DNA of 64,000 nt, taken from contig OZ220744.1 of assembly GCA_965116925.1 (NCBI GenBank), positions 4,704,001-4,768,000 of the forward strand, in the 5' to 3' direction. The notes under the pieces are model-generated. The model was not told the DNA's origin. It saw nothing but the letters and a program-made list of their open reading frames with translations, and searched no databases. A program made the translations under genes and the position numbers. Below are positions 8,764 to 18,575 of the stretch, in pieces; the first letter of the stretch is position 1, and each line of letters begins with the position of its first letter. The DNA comes from Candidatus Poribacteria bacterium. GTDB taxonomy: Bacteria > Poribacteria > WGA-4E > PCPOR2b.

Positions 8764-9691
8764 CATCATCATTATTGGTGGCGGCACGGCAGGTTTCGCC
8801 GCTGGGGTTTACACCTCACGGGCAATGCTGGAGCCGCTACTCATCACCGGAGACGCACTCGGTGGACAACTCTCACTGACCCTCGACCTTGAGAACTATC
8901 CGGGCTTCTTCGGCACCGAAGCCGCAGAGTTTATTACAGGGATGCAGAAACAGGCAGAGCGTTTTGGGACCGAAGTAAAGTTTGACATGGTGACGGAGGT
9001 AGACTTCAACCGCCACCCATTCTACTTGAAAACTTATGACCAAGAATATCTCGCGAAATCGGTTATCATCTGCACCGGTGCTTCACCGCGAACACTGGAC
9101 ATCCCCGGCGAGGAAGGATACGGCGGACGTGGTGTCTCCTACTGCGCCACCTGCGATGGATTCTTTTTCCAGAACCAACGGCTTATCGTTGTCGGTGGCG
9201 GCGATGCCGCCCTTGAGGAGGGGATATTCCTGACAAAGTATGCGTCGGAGGTCTATATCGTCCACCGCAGAGACCAGCTTCGTGCCAGCCAAATTATGCA
9301 GGAACGCGCCTTCAAGAACGATAAGATCAAGTTCATCTGGGATACGGTTGTCGAAGAGATCCAAGGGGACGACGAAAAGGTCACCGGTGCGCTGCTCAGA
9401 AATGTGAAGACCGACGAAAAGCAGGTGTTCCCGATTGACGGCGTTTTTATCTTCATTGGACACATCCCGAACACCGAGCTATTCAAGGGTGTGATCGACA
9501 TGGATGAGCAGGACTACATCGTTGTGGACAAACTACAGCGTACCAATATCGACGGTGTCTTTGCAGCAGGCGATGTACATGATCACATCTTCCGTCAAGC
9601 GATAACGGCGGCGGGTGCCGGTGCCGCCGCAGCTATCTCCGCCGAAAAGTTCATCGCTGAGTTAGAGAACCGCGCTTATCCGGGGCAGTAG
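8720..9691 (+). CDS. trxB: Thioredoxin-disulfide reductase
   Basis: GGGTAG, GVSYCATCDG, VGGGDAALEE, HRRDQLRA, GVFAAGDV; GAAGGAG RBS. Confidence 0.96.
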   Translation: MAEIRNGSDGLEERNIIIIGGGTAGFAAGVYTSRAMLEPLLITGDALGGQLSLTLDLENYPGFFGTEAAEFITGMQKQAERFGTEVKFDMVTEVDFNRHPFYLKTYDQEYLAKSVIICTGASPRTLDIPGEEGYGGRGVSYCATCDGFFFQNQRLIVVGGGDAALEEGIFLTKYASEVYIVHRRDQLRASQIMQERAFKNDKIKFIWDTVVEEIQGDDEKVTGALLRNVKTDEKQVFPIDGVFIFIGHIPNTELFKGVIDMDEQDYIVVDKLQRTNIDGVFAAGDVHDHIFRQAITAAGAGAAAAISAEKFIAELENRAYPGQ

Positions 9692-9781
9692 GTATTCAAA
9701 CAGAGGAAGAATTAGTTTTGAGGAAAGCATCTACCTTAGCGAATTTCTTCAGCACAGAAGAAATTATGAAGGAAATAAAAG

Positions 9782-10888
9782 ATGTTAAAAATCATTGACA
9801 ACGGGGTCATTTCCCACCAGAGCGAACGGGGTGCTTATATGCCTGTAATTACCCCCCTCGCAGACGGCAGTTTCATCGCCTGCCAGCATGTCGGGGAAGG
9901 GCTAGGCACACCGGACAATCACATCGAGATCCTTCGTTCAACGGACGGGGGCGCAACATGGGTCAACGAAGGGAGTATCCATCCCGATGGCGTACCTACG
10001 GATGGATGGTGTTACCGGGGTCCAAAGATCAGCGAGGTGCCCGACGGTCGCTTGGTGATGAACGCAACCCGTTTTGAGACGGAAGGCGACACGCTCTTTG
10101 ACACGGAATCGGAAGCCTTGCAGCGTCCGGAGATATTGCTGTTCTGGTCAGAAGATCGGGGCAAAACGTGGTCAGCACCGCAGGTCGTACCGGTAGACCT
10201 GCCGCCCGAAAAGTACACATGGAACGGGGCGGGACCGCTTCTACAACTCGCGCCGGATCGGTGGATGTACCCCCTCGAAACGTGGAAGCCGGAAGGGTAT
10301 GAAGGTCCGCCCGATCAGAAGGCAGCAGCGGTATTCTCCGCGGATCAGGGACAAACGTGGGGAGAGTTTACCGTCGTCGCAGATGACCTCACAGGCGCAT
10401 TGCTCTGGTGGGATCAGATGTGCTCCCTCTTGCCGGATGGACGGATCTATACCCTGATCTGGACGCACCAGTACGGAACCTCCGAGGATCTGACGAACCA
10501 CTGGGTAATCTCCGAAGACGGTGGACGCACCTGGTCCGAACCCCGACCGACGAATCTGCGCGGTCAGGTCTGCACCCCCATCCCGCTGCCTGACGGTCGC
10601 GTGGCGGCGATCTACAATTTCCGACACGAACCCCAAGGCATCCATGTGGCACTGACCGAAGACCTTGAACATTTCGACGTGGAAAATGAAGTCGTGGTCT
10701 TTGACGCCGGAAAAGAGGCGACCCTCGGCGAACCTGAGAACGAGAACTTCCTCGCTGAACACATGCAGATCGCTTTTGGCAAGCCCGGCGGGACAACCCT
10801 GCCGGACGGGGATATAATGACCTATTTCTGGTGTACGGTGGCGGGAGTCACCCATACGCGCTGGGTAAAATTACGATTGGAAGGTTAA
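9782..10888 (+). CDS. Sialidase/BNR (Asp-box) repeat protein
   Basis: Asp-boxes STDGGATW, SEDRGKTW, SADQGQTW, SEDGGRTW. Confidence 0.8.
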   Translation: MLKIIDNGVISHQSERGAYMPVITPLADGSFIACQHVGEGLGTPDNHIEILRSTDGGATWVNEGSIHPDGVPTDGWCYRGPKISEVPDGRLVMNATRFETEGDTLFDTESEALQRPEILLFWSEDRGKTWSAPQVVPVDLPPEKYTWNGAGPLLQLAPDRWMYPLETWKPEGYEGPPDQKAAAVFSADQGQTWGEFTVVADDLTGALLWWDQMCSLLPDGRIYTLIWTHQYGTSEDLTNHWVISEDGGRTWSEPRPTNLRGQVCTPIPLPDGRVAAIYNFRHEPQGIHVALTEDLEHFDVENEVVVFDAGKEATLGEPENENFLAEHMQIAFGKPGGTTLPDGDIMTYFWCTVAGVTHTRWVKLRLEG

Positions 10889-10996
10889 TGCCCCGGTAAC
10901 AGAAACGTGCTACTATAAACAGCGGGGCAAGATGCCCCGCCTACCGGATAGGGATAGACAAAAAACTAAATGACGCGGTAATGGAAAGGAGTTCAG

Positions 10997-11758
10997 ATGG
11001 ATTGGCAGAAAAATTCAGGACAACTCAAAGATGCCTTTGACCGAGATGGATTTGTGGTCATTCCCGGCTTCTACACCCCGCAAGAGACAACGGCATTAAA
11101 CGCTCATATCGACCAGTTTATCGCGAAGACGCTGCCCCAATTGCCATCGGAGGCAGCCTTTTACGAAGTCAAGGATCAGCCCGAAAGCATTATGCGGTTG
11201 CAGGGCATGGCATCTTACGACGACCATTTTAAGGAACTGACCGAGAGTGACCGGTTTGCCAAACTGGCGGAATTGCTGCTAGACGATGGGGTTATAAGTA
11301 AGAACATGGAATGGTTCACGAAACCCGCCCACAGCGATGCAGAGACACCACCCCATCAGGACGGGTTCTACTTCATGCTCGAACCGAACGAGGCGTTGAC
11401 GTTGTGGTTGGCACTAGATACGGTGAATGACGAGAACGGCTGCATCCACTATGTACGGGGTTCTCACCGTCGAGGTATGCGCCCCCACGATCAGACAGCG
11501 GTATTCGGGTTTTCCCTAGGAGTCACAGACTACGGCGAATCGGACTACCAAGAAGAGGCAGCTATTCATGCTGCGCCGGGCGATATGATCGTGCATCACT
11601 GCATGACAATTCATCGCGCAGGTTCCAATTCCACCCCAAACCCACGCCGGGCACTGGGGCTTGTCTATTACGCCCAACGTGCCAAGGCGAATGCAGAACG
11701 TCAGGCGGCGTACAAGAAAGAGCTCATGGAACGGTGGAAAAAAGAGGGAAAAATTTAG
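10997..11758 (+). CDS. PhyH-family phytanoyl-CoA dioxygenase-like protein
   Basis: FDRDGF, TPPHQD, WLALD..ENGC...GSH, IHRAGSN..RR. Confidence 0.9.
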   Translation: MDWQKNSGQLKDAFDRDGFVVIPGFYTPQETTALNAHIDQFIAKTLPQLPSEAAFYEVKDQPESIMRLQGMASYDDHFKELTESDRFAKLAELLLDDGVISKNMEWFTKPAHSDAETPPHQDGFYFMLEPNEALTLWLALDTVNDENGCIHYVRGSHRRGMRPHDQTAVFGFSLGVTDYGESDYQEEAAIHAAPGDMIVHHCMTIHRAGSNSTPNPRRALGLVYYAQRAKANAERQAAYKKELMERWKKEGKI

Positions 11759-11830
11759 TGCGCTTCAGTTCTAAAAGCAGTTACGGACGCAGATTGCGCT
11801 GATTTTCGCAGATAAAAATAGAAAAACGAA

Positions 11831-11902
11831 ACTCATACAACCCGGAGAAACCGAGTTTTGAAGAAAAAACTCGGTTTCTGTGAACTATTTCTTAACATGA
11901 GT
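11831..11902. mobile_element. Family A MITE-like element (degenerate)
   Basis: ACTCAT...AGAAACCGAGTTTT-loop-AAAACTCGGTTTCT...TTAACATGAGT. Confidence 0.6.
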
Positions 11903-11923
11903 GATCACTGATAGGAGTAAGCA

Positions 11924-12700
11924 ATGCTGACCGATGCACAACTCTACCATTTCGCTGTTCACGGCTGGGTGCTTCAGGAGGACGTATTCAGTTCCGAAGA
12001 AATCGATGCCTTCAAGCGCGGACTAGATCACCTCTATGAACGCAAAATCTCGACGATGAAGGACACCGAGGACATCAAGAACATCAACAACATGGTGAAC
12101 TACGACCAGATCTATCGGGATTGGATCATGTCGCCAAAGATCACCCCCGTTCTGAAGCAGCTCTTGGGAACGCCGCCACGTTTTGAGTGTTGCCACGCGA
12201 TGATAAAATCTCCGCACCCCGACCGATCGACGCGGCGCGATGAACTTCGGGATGCGGAAAAGATGGGGTGGCACCGCGGCATTCGACCGAAATATGGTAT
12301 CGTGCCAGCGAACAACCATCCCTACATCAACACAACATTTCTCAACAATGCCACCTACCTAACGGACGTTGACCCTGAACATGGTGGTACGATGATTCTG
12401 GACGGCTCACATCGAATCGAGGCGCAGGATTGGAAAGAAATTTTCGATCCCGCAATGGTAGTTCAGATTGAAGCAAAGGCAGGATCGGTGATGCACTTCA
12501 CGGAGGCATTGGTTCACACCGGCGTCCCGATCCTCTCCGAGCGAACCCGTTATACGATGTTCTACGGCTTCACCCCACCGTGGATGCAGTGTTGGCCCGG
12601 CTGCAGCCCGACGCAGGAAGTTATTGATGCCAGCGAAGGGGAGCTCAAGGAAATCCTCGGAGGTCGCACCGGATATATGGGACAGTATGGACCTGAGTGA
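11924..12700 (+). CDS. PhyH-family Fe(II)/2OG oxygenase with HxG motif
   Basis: GWHRG, YLTDVDPEHGGT...GSH, FTEALVHTG; paralog of 7500..8318. Confidence 0.85.
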   Translation: MLTDAQLYHFAVHGWVLQEDVFSSEEIDAFKRGLDHLYERKISTMKDTEDIKNINNMVNYDQIYRDWIMSPKITPVLKQLLGTPPRFECCHAMIKSPHPDRSTRRDELRDAEKMGWHRGIRPKYGIVPANNHPYINTTFLNNATYLTDVDPEHGGTMILDGSHRIEAQDWKEIFDPAMVVQIEAKAGSVMHFTEALVHTGVPILSERTRYTMFYGFTPPWMQCWPGCSPTQEVIDASEGELKEILGGRTGYMGQYGPE

Positions 12701-12755
12701 GTGGGAACCTCCGCACCCAAAATTTGAATCTCTTGCAAGAAGGAGAAAATATCCG

Positions 12756-13562
12756 ATGTTATCCGATTTGGAAGTTGGACAATTTTGGACATTCGGGTTC
12801 ACTGTTTTGAGAGGTTGTCTAAGTGGAGAAGAGGTAGACCGTCTACAGGAGGCGCACCGTCGCGTCATTGCAGAAGCACCGGTCTACAACTATTTCGCCG
12901 AAAATGGGACACGGATGCTCAGTCCTTTTGTCCAAGCGGACGATGCTTTCGCAGATTTAATTGAGCAGCCCGGTGTGATGGAAGCCATGCGCGATATCTG
13001 GGGAACGGAGTGCCTCTACATCGCCGGTAGTGATATGTGGGCGAACCGAGACGATACCCCTTGGCACACCGACGGTCAGCCGGGACGACACACCCTCACA
13101 CTCAAGACCGCCATATACCTCGACGAGCAATCCAAGGATTTCGGATCGTTGAACCTGATTCCCGGCAGCCACCATCCCGAATACTCTGCGGCACTCTTCC
13201 GTTCTTGCGGTTACTGGGATAGGGGGAGACCCCGTCTACGCCTCGATCCCCATGCCATTCCGGGAGTTCTCTCCGTCCAGACCTGTCCCGGGGACGTTGT
13301 GTTATGGGATAACCGACTGTGGCACTCCGCCTTCAAACGCAAGGACGGTCAGCCCCGTCGGACAATGTTTATCGGCTATATGCCGGATCCCCAAGATGAC
13401 CTGCTCGCGCTCAAAGACCTGCGAACAACGGTTGAAACCCAGATAACTGAGCAGCAACCGTTCGTCTATAGCAAGGAAATGATGGACAAGGGTGGTCCTA
13501 GGCGTAAGAAGATGGCAGCACGGCTAGAGGCATTGGGTGTGGAAAAAGTGAGAGAGTCATAA
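12756..13562 (+). CDS. PhyH-family dioxygenase
   Basis: PWHTD, IPGSH, PGDVVLWDNRLWHS; AAGGAG upstream of ATG 12756. Confidence 0.88.
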   Translation: MLSDLEVGQFWTFGFTVLRGCLSGEEVDRLQEAHRRVIAEAPVYNYFAENGTRMLSPFVQADDAFADLIEQPGVMEAMRDIWGTECLYIAGSDMWANRDDTPWHTDGQPGRHTLTLKTAIYLDEQSKDFGSLNLIPGSHHPEYSAALFRSCGYWDRGRPRLRLDPHAIPGVLSVQTCPGDVVLWDNRLWHSAFKRKDGQPRRTMFIGYMPDPQDDLLALKDLRTTVETQITEQQPFVYSKEMMDKGGPRRKKMAARLEALGVEKVRES

Positions 13563-13610
13563 CTTCCCGACAGGAAAACCAACAAAAACACTCAAAAAGA
13601 AGGAAAGACA

Positions 13611-14702
13611 ATGACCAACGGATCCTGTTCGCTGCGCGTCGGCGTGGTTGGCTGCGGTGGGTTTGGGCGTAACGCTTATATCAACAATGTCGTCGAAAAC
13701 CGTGACGCTAGTCTGGTCGCACTCTGCGACATTGATATAGAACAGGCGGAAGGGGCAGCACGTGAGGTCTTTGATGAGGGAGGCAGAGAGCCACGTCCGA
13801 CGCTTTACACAGACTATAAAGCGATGATCGACCAAGAATCCCTCGATGTGGTCATGGTTGGAACGATGGCAGACGTCCGTCCACGTGTGGCTATCTATGC
13901 GTTGAATGCCGGTGCCCACGTCCTCGCTGCCAAGCCGATGGCGCCTTCTTTAGCAGAGGCAGAGGAGATGCTCCAGAAGGCAAAGGAAGCAGACAGGATT
14001 CTGATGGTCGGTTATAACTTCCGATTCCGCGATGATGCACAAATTGTGCACCGCTTTATCCGTGATGGTGGTATCGGGGGGCCTCGCTTTGCCCGCGCTT
14101 GGTCATTTGCCGCTAGCGTACCGATCCGCGGATCGCACTACAAAGCGGGGTCGGGTGGAGGTTCACTCGCCAGAACGGGGATTCACCCAACGGATCTGGC
14201 AATCTGGTTTCTCGGTAACCCACCCCTCATCTCGGTACATGGGCAGGCACTCTCACGTTTTGCCGACCTTCCCGCGCTGCCCTCCGAATTGGAACCCCTC
14301 CGAGGCGACTACGACGATCCAGATCTGGTCAGCGGCTATGTCCAGTTCGCCGATGGGGTCACGTTGTCTGTCGAGAGTATGTGGATGGCACCGCCGCAGA
14401 TTGGCGATCACGGTGTCGAAGTGTGGGGGACCCAAGGCTACGCTTCGGTGACACCGTTGCGATTGCTGACTTGGCAGGATGGCGATTACGTTGATGTGAC
14501 CGAGCAGGTTGCGCCCGGTGTTGCGGATTCCTTCCACGACCATTCGAGCAACCGGCTACGCCGCGAGGTCTTTCACTTCATCGACTGCGCCCTTGGCAGA
14601 GAGACACCCCTCATAACGCCGGAAGAGATGTGGACGGATCAGGCAATTGTTGATGGAATTTACGCCGGCACGAAAATAGTGAAACAAAAGGAGGGGCACT
14701 GA
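13611..14702 (+). CDS. Gfo/Idh/MocA family oxidoreductase
   Basis: VGVVGCGGFG, HVLAAKPMA, VGYNFRF, GIHPTD. Confidence 0.9.
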   Translation: MTNGSCSLRVGVVGCGGFGRNAYINNVVENRDASLVALCDIDIEQAEGAAREVFDEGGREPRPTLYTDYKAMIDQESLDVVMVGTMADVRPRVAIYALNAGAHVLAAKPMAPSLAEAEEMLQKAKEADRILMVGYNFRFRDDAQIVHRFIRDGGIGGPRFARAWSFAASVPIRGSHYKAGSGGGSLARTGIHPTDLAIWFLGNPPLISVHGQALSRFADLPALPSELEPLRGDYDDPDLVSGYVQFADGVTLSVESMWMAPPQIGDHGVEVWGTQGYASVTPLRLLTWQDGDYVDVTEQVAPGVADSFHDHSSNRLRREVFHFIDCALGRETPLITPEEMWTDQAIVDGIYAGTKIVKQKEGH

Positions 14703-14853
14703 AAGTATTTTGGGCAGCGTTTTGTTGAGATATGAATATCGACCTACAACCAACTCGATCTGTCGGGACTGAGAGCAGTTCCCGTAGGTCGGGCGATTGC
14801 TGCAAGAAGGAGGAGGTATTCGACGTTATTCGATAGTGTCGTGTCATGGACAG

Positions 14854-14892
14854 AAAAAAGCGGTATCAACCCCGTGAAAATGGGTGGATACC
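14854..14892 (-). terminator. Rho-independent terminator for the minus-strand sigma/hypothetical pair
   Basis: Minus strand GGTATCCACCC-loop-GGGTTGATACC followed by GCTTTTTT. Confidence 0.55.
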
Positions 14893-14933
14893 ACCGACAT
14901 CAGATTTGATTCTCTATATCTACGGAGAAGCTT

Positions 14934-15707
14934 CTAATGGTCATCAAGAAAGGTTTCAGGATCATATCCTGCACTGCCATAGTCAACAAATTTTACGCCG
15001 GGATACATAGTCCTATAAGCACCCGAAGTCAACTCTTCAACTGTAAAAAGCCCCCCAAGTGCATCTGGATCTGAAGATCTCGCATGAGTCGCAAGAGCGA
15101 ACCGGGGAAATCTGACAATCTCCTCATCAGGATCGTCACTAACGGTTTCGCCCCACTCAATATATACCAAATCGCGATAGAGCGGGTAGACTCTGTCGTT
15201 GTCATGCTGATAGACGCCATTCACAAAATCGTGGTCCCCCTGATTCCACAGTTTAATCAGAACACGGTACATCATTTCGTGTTCATACATATCCCCTTTC
15301 TGGTAATTAGGAAACTGTATCCAGACCGGCGTGAGATCCGAGGGAAATCCGTTGGGAACTTCAGGAAAATCCCCCTTTTCAACAGGGGACTCCTCCAACT
15401 CTTGTAAAAGTGCATCTAGTTCATCATCGGTTATATCCGGAAGGGGTGTTGAAACAGCATCATCACCGGATAATTCCTCTGTCTCTGAAACCAATGCCCC
15501 TTCGAGCGATTCGGCAGCTGGAGAACCAGAAACGGAAGTTTGTTGATTCGCTGTTGGATAATGGGGCTCTATCGTCAACAGATGCTCTGGCACCGGCTCG
15601 ACATCACCGTAGTACCAGTGGCTTCCGAAATAACTTCCCACAACGAATAGCGCAGCGAACATAATCGCCCCACCTATCCATAGTTTCGGCTGACTCGTGA
15701 AAGACAC
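14934..15707 (-). CDS. Hypothetical protein with N-terminal membrane anchor and acidic linker
   Basis: LWIGGAIMFAALFVVGSYF hydrophobic stretch; AGGAGG RBS upstream of GTG. Confidence 0.7.
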   Translation of the reverse strand: MSFTSQPKLWIGGAIMFAALFVVGSYFGSHWYYGDVEPVPEHLLTIEPHYPTANQQTSVSGSPAAESLEGALVSETEELSGDDAVSTPLPDITDDELDALLQELEESPVEKGDFPEVPNGFPSDLTPVWIQFPNYQKGDMYEHEMMYRVLIKLWNQGDHDFVNGVYQHDNDRVYPLYRDLVYIEWGETVSDDPDEEIVRFPRFALATHARSSDPDALGGLFTVEELTSGAYRTMYPGVKFVDYGSAGYDPETFLDDH

Positions 15708-15809
15708 GGCTTGTCACCTCCTATCATGGGAGGTAGGTGTGAATTCTCAATAAGAGCTAAGCTCACCCTCCCGATAACATTGAAATTTAGCGCAATTTAT
15801 CAAGATCTC

Positions 15810-16481
15810 TCAGTTATTCTTCTGATGCTGAGAAGCGTTAAGGTAACCTTTTTTCAATTTCGCACAGGCAGTGTTAATCAGTTGACTCACACGCCCCTTC
15901 GTTACACCAAGCACTTTAGCTATCTCAACCCCCTTTTTCCCCTCAAAAAATCTCAACTTTAAGGCCCGGCGTTCTCCCTCAGACAAATCCGCTAAAAGTT
16001 GGGGGAGCAACTGCTCGAATTGCTCAATCTCAACATGGTGAATTACCTCTTCATCAACTCCTCCACACTGACACGCATCGGCTGCCAACCCATCAATCGA
16101 CGGATTGTTCCTAAGTGGGTCAGGACCGCCCTGATAAAATTGGGATTCAGCAGAACTTGTATCATCAAGGGATAAAAATGGTGTTGACCGGAGGTGTTTT
16201 TTCCCTTCATCCCAGAGCTTACCACACACCTGAGAACGAATAAACGTGGTGAAACTCGCACCACTTTCATGTGCAGGGTCATACGTCGGAACCGCTTCGA
16301 GAACGGTCTCATACGCGATTTGGCGCAAATCCTCTTTCACGCACTGAAGTCGTTGGTCGCGGCGGATGGCACACGCCACACATCGATTGATTGACTCCTT
16401 GGCGGATAGAGGCGATTCTGGATCGATATAGAAAGGACACTTCGCTGAGTTTTGCGGATTTCGTTGTTGTGTCATGGTCAC
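15810..16481 (-). CDS. Sigma-70 family (FliA/WhiG-like) RNA polymerase sigma factor
   Basis: EDLRQIAYETVLEAVPTYDP...GASFTTF (region 2); LSEGERRALKLRFFEG...EIAKVLGVTKGRVSQL (region 4). Confidence 0.85.
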   Translation of the reverse strand: MTMTQQRNPQNSAKCPFYIDPESPLSAKESINRCVACAIRRDQRLQCVKEDLRQIAYETVLEAVPTYDPAHESGASFTTFIRSQVCGKLWDEGKKHLRSTPFLSLDDTSSAESQFYQGGPDPLRNNPSIDGLAADACQCGGVDEEVIHHVEIEQFEQLLPQLLADLSEGERRALKLRFFEGKKGVEIAKVLGVTKGRVSQLINTACAKLKKGYLNASQHQKNN

Positions 16482-16593
16482 ACCTCTTTCTAAATAGGGG
16501 TTGATTTGCTTCTATCACCTTCAAGAGGATCTCGCCTTTACTATATATATTGCGCTCGTTTGGGAAAGTTTAGCTTTTTTTTATATTTTTTTC

Positions 16594-16683
16594 GCTCATG
16601 CTCAGAAATCGTGCAACAGAAACAGAGTTTTTTCTTGAAAACTCTGTTTCTTTTCGTGCTTGGCATTTTCCTTTGACGTGAGC
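16594..16683. mobile_element. Family A MITE-like element
   Basis: GCTCATG...AGAAACAGAGTTTT-loop-AAAACTCTGTTTCT...CGTGAGC. Confidence 0.6.
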
Positions 16684-16701
16684 CAAAGGGTTTACGTGCT
16701 T

Positions 16702-17262
16702 TCAGAGAAACGCCTTCTCTCTCGCTTCCGCCGAGCTATCCCACGCACGGTCATATTCATAATCGTCCCGACGCGCCAACAGTGCCCGTAAATCGTGTCG
16801 CAGCTCCTCCACGGTAGGCCTTCCAACAAACCACCAACCGTTGTAAATCTTGTAGATCTCGCGATCGCTGTCAAGAACGAAGGTATAAGGGATGGGAATC
16901 GGAGAATGGTTGGGATCCGTGTTGTCTACGATGTCTAATTCATTGATCAACGCCCGATCAAGGTCAATCAGGAAGGGCCACGTCGCACCGATACGCTCAC
17001 GAAGTGCCCTCGTTGTTTCCTCATCATCGACGGAGACAGCGATTAGCCTACAGTAGTTGACCTCCAATTCGGGCTGCAAATCCTTTGCATAATTCTCCAA
17101 CTGGAGAACATCCTTCGGTCAATATGCCCCACGCCAAAAGACCAAGATTGTGGGCCAGCCACGCATCAAATCCTCCAGCGTTCTGATTATGCCATCCTGA
17201 TCGGGACGTTCAAAGTTTGGGAATTTGTTACCGGATATCATCAAATCTTCACGGATTTTCAT
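16702..17262 (-). CDS. AhpC/TSA-family redoxin, probable selenoprotein (RGAY-U-PKD, Sec48)
   Basis: AAGGAGG RBS then ATG 17262: MKIREDLMISGNKFPNFERPDQDG...PTILVFWRGAY-TGA(17119-17121)-PKDVLQ, in frame with ORF 16702..17100; hairpin follows. Confidence 0.85.
17093..17108 (-). promoter_or_regulatory. Candidate bacterial SECIS for TGA 17119-17121
   Basis: Stem TTCTCC/GGAGAA, loop AGTT starting 16 nt after the UGA. Confidence 0.6.
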
Positions 17263-17326
17263 TGTGATTTCCTCCTTACGAGAGCGCATGAAATTTTTGC
17301 GGCGTTCGCTAGGTGAAATAACCTAT

Positions 17327-17354
17327 GTAGGGAACGCAGATCTGCGTTCCCTAC
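17327..17354. repeat. Perfect 28-bp GTAG-type palindrome (REP-like)
   Basis: GTAGGGAACGCAGATCTGCGTTCCCTAC; identical copy at 47794-47821. Confidence 0.8.
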
Positions 17355-17383
17355 GGAAACCTTTTCTTAATCAAGGAAGCAAT

Positions 17384-18547
17384 TTAGGGTTGTACTGTTT
17401 CCCAGCGTTCCGTCTCCCATGAGCGTTCAATCGCACCCAACACCTTAGCCACAGCCAACGCCTCACGAAAGGCAGGCTCACCTTGAAGTCCATCCCGAAT
17501 CGACTTCAAGAACTGATAGGATTCGATCATTTTCAAATCTTCGTAGCCTAAACCGACACCGGGACCGGGGTTGAAATGTGCATGAAACGGGTGTTCGGGA
17601 CCACTCATAATACGGGTGTAGCCATTAGGCGTGCTATCGTCGTCAGAGAGCAACAGATGGAGTTCGTTCATACGCTCAAAGTCCCAGTTTAGCGCACCGC
17701 GTGTGCCGTGCACCTCAAACGCCATCTGACATTCGGGACCATTTATGACACGACATCCTTCCAGTGTGCCGTGTGCTCCATTGGCAAATTGCACCAGCGC
17801 ACCGACATAGTCTTCGTTAGTGACTTCGCCCGTTGGACCATCTGTGCGGACAGAAAAATGCGTACCTTCGCCGGGCGTAGCAAGCGGCCGTTTTGAGAAG
17901 AAAGTCTCGCGGTTGCCCACCAAACGGTTGATCGGACCGGCAATCATCTGCGCCATATCAACGACATGCGACATCAGATCACCCAAAGTGCCCAACCCCG
18001 CCACCTCGCGCTGAAAACGCCACGACAATACAGCGTGCGGATTGCTGGCATAACCCGCAAAGAAACGCCCCCGATAGTGTGTGAGCCTGCCGAGACGGCC
18101 TTCCTCAATCAGTTGCCGGGCATACTGCACAAGCGGCGTCCATCGGTAATTATAACCCACACAGGTCAACACACCAGCTCGTCGCGCAGCATCTTCGATC
18201 GCAGCCGTCTCTCGTGGATTTCGACCAACAGGCTTCTCGCAGAAGATATGCTTCCCCGCTTCGGCAGCCGCTGTCGCAATTTCGAGATGCATACTGTTTG
18301 GCGCGGTAATGTTGACAAGTTGCACCTCCGGATCAGCGATAACCTCTCTCCAATCCGTAGCGTATCGTTCAAAGCCCAAAAACGTCTGTGCTTCACGAGC
18401 ACGGGCTTCCACCTCATCGGCGCAGATGACTAGGCGTGGCTGAACCCCACAGTCCTGAAAGCGGATCGGAATCTGTCGGTAGGAGCGGCTGTGCACAGTC
18501 CCCATCCACCCCATACCGATGACACCGATACCTATCGTTCGTGTCAT
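17384..18547 (-). CDS. Gfo/Idh/MocA family oxidoreductase
   Basis: [28 protein letters not shown]. Confidence 0.92.
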   Translation of the reverse strand: MTRTIGIGVIGMGWMGTVHSRSYRQIPIRFQDCGVQPRLVICADEVEARAREAQTFLGFERYATDWREVIADPEVQLVNITAPNSMHLEIATAAAEAGKHIFCEKPVGRNPRETAAIEDAARRAGVLTCVGYNYRWTPLVQYARQLIEEGRLGRLTHYRGRFFAGYASNPHAVLSWRFQREVAGLGTLGDLMSHVVDMAQMIAGPINRLVGNRETFFSKRPLATPGEGTHFSVRTDGPTGEVTNEDYVGALVQFANGAHGTLEGCRVINGPECQMAFEVHGTRGALNWDFERMNELHLLLSDDDSTPNGYTRIMSGPEHPFHAHFNPGPGVGLGYEDLKMIESYQFLKSIRDGLQGEPAFREALAVAKVLGAIERSWETERWETVQP

Positions 18548-18575
18548 AACTGACCTCAGAGTTTAGGGCCTCTTG

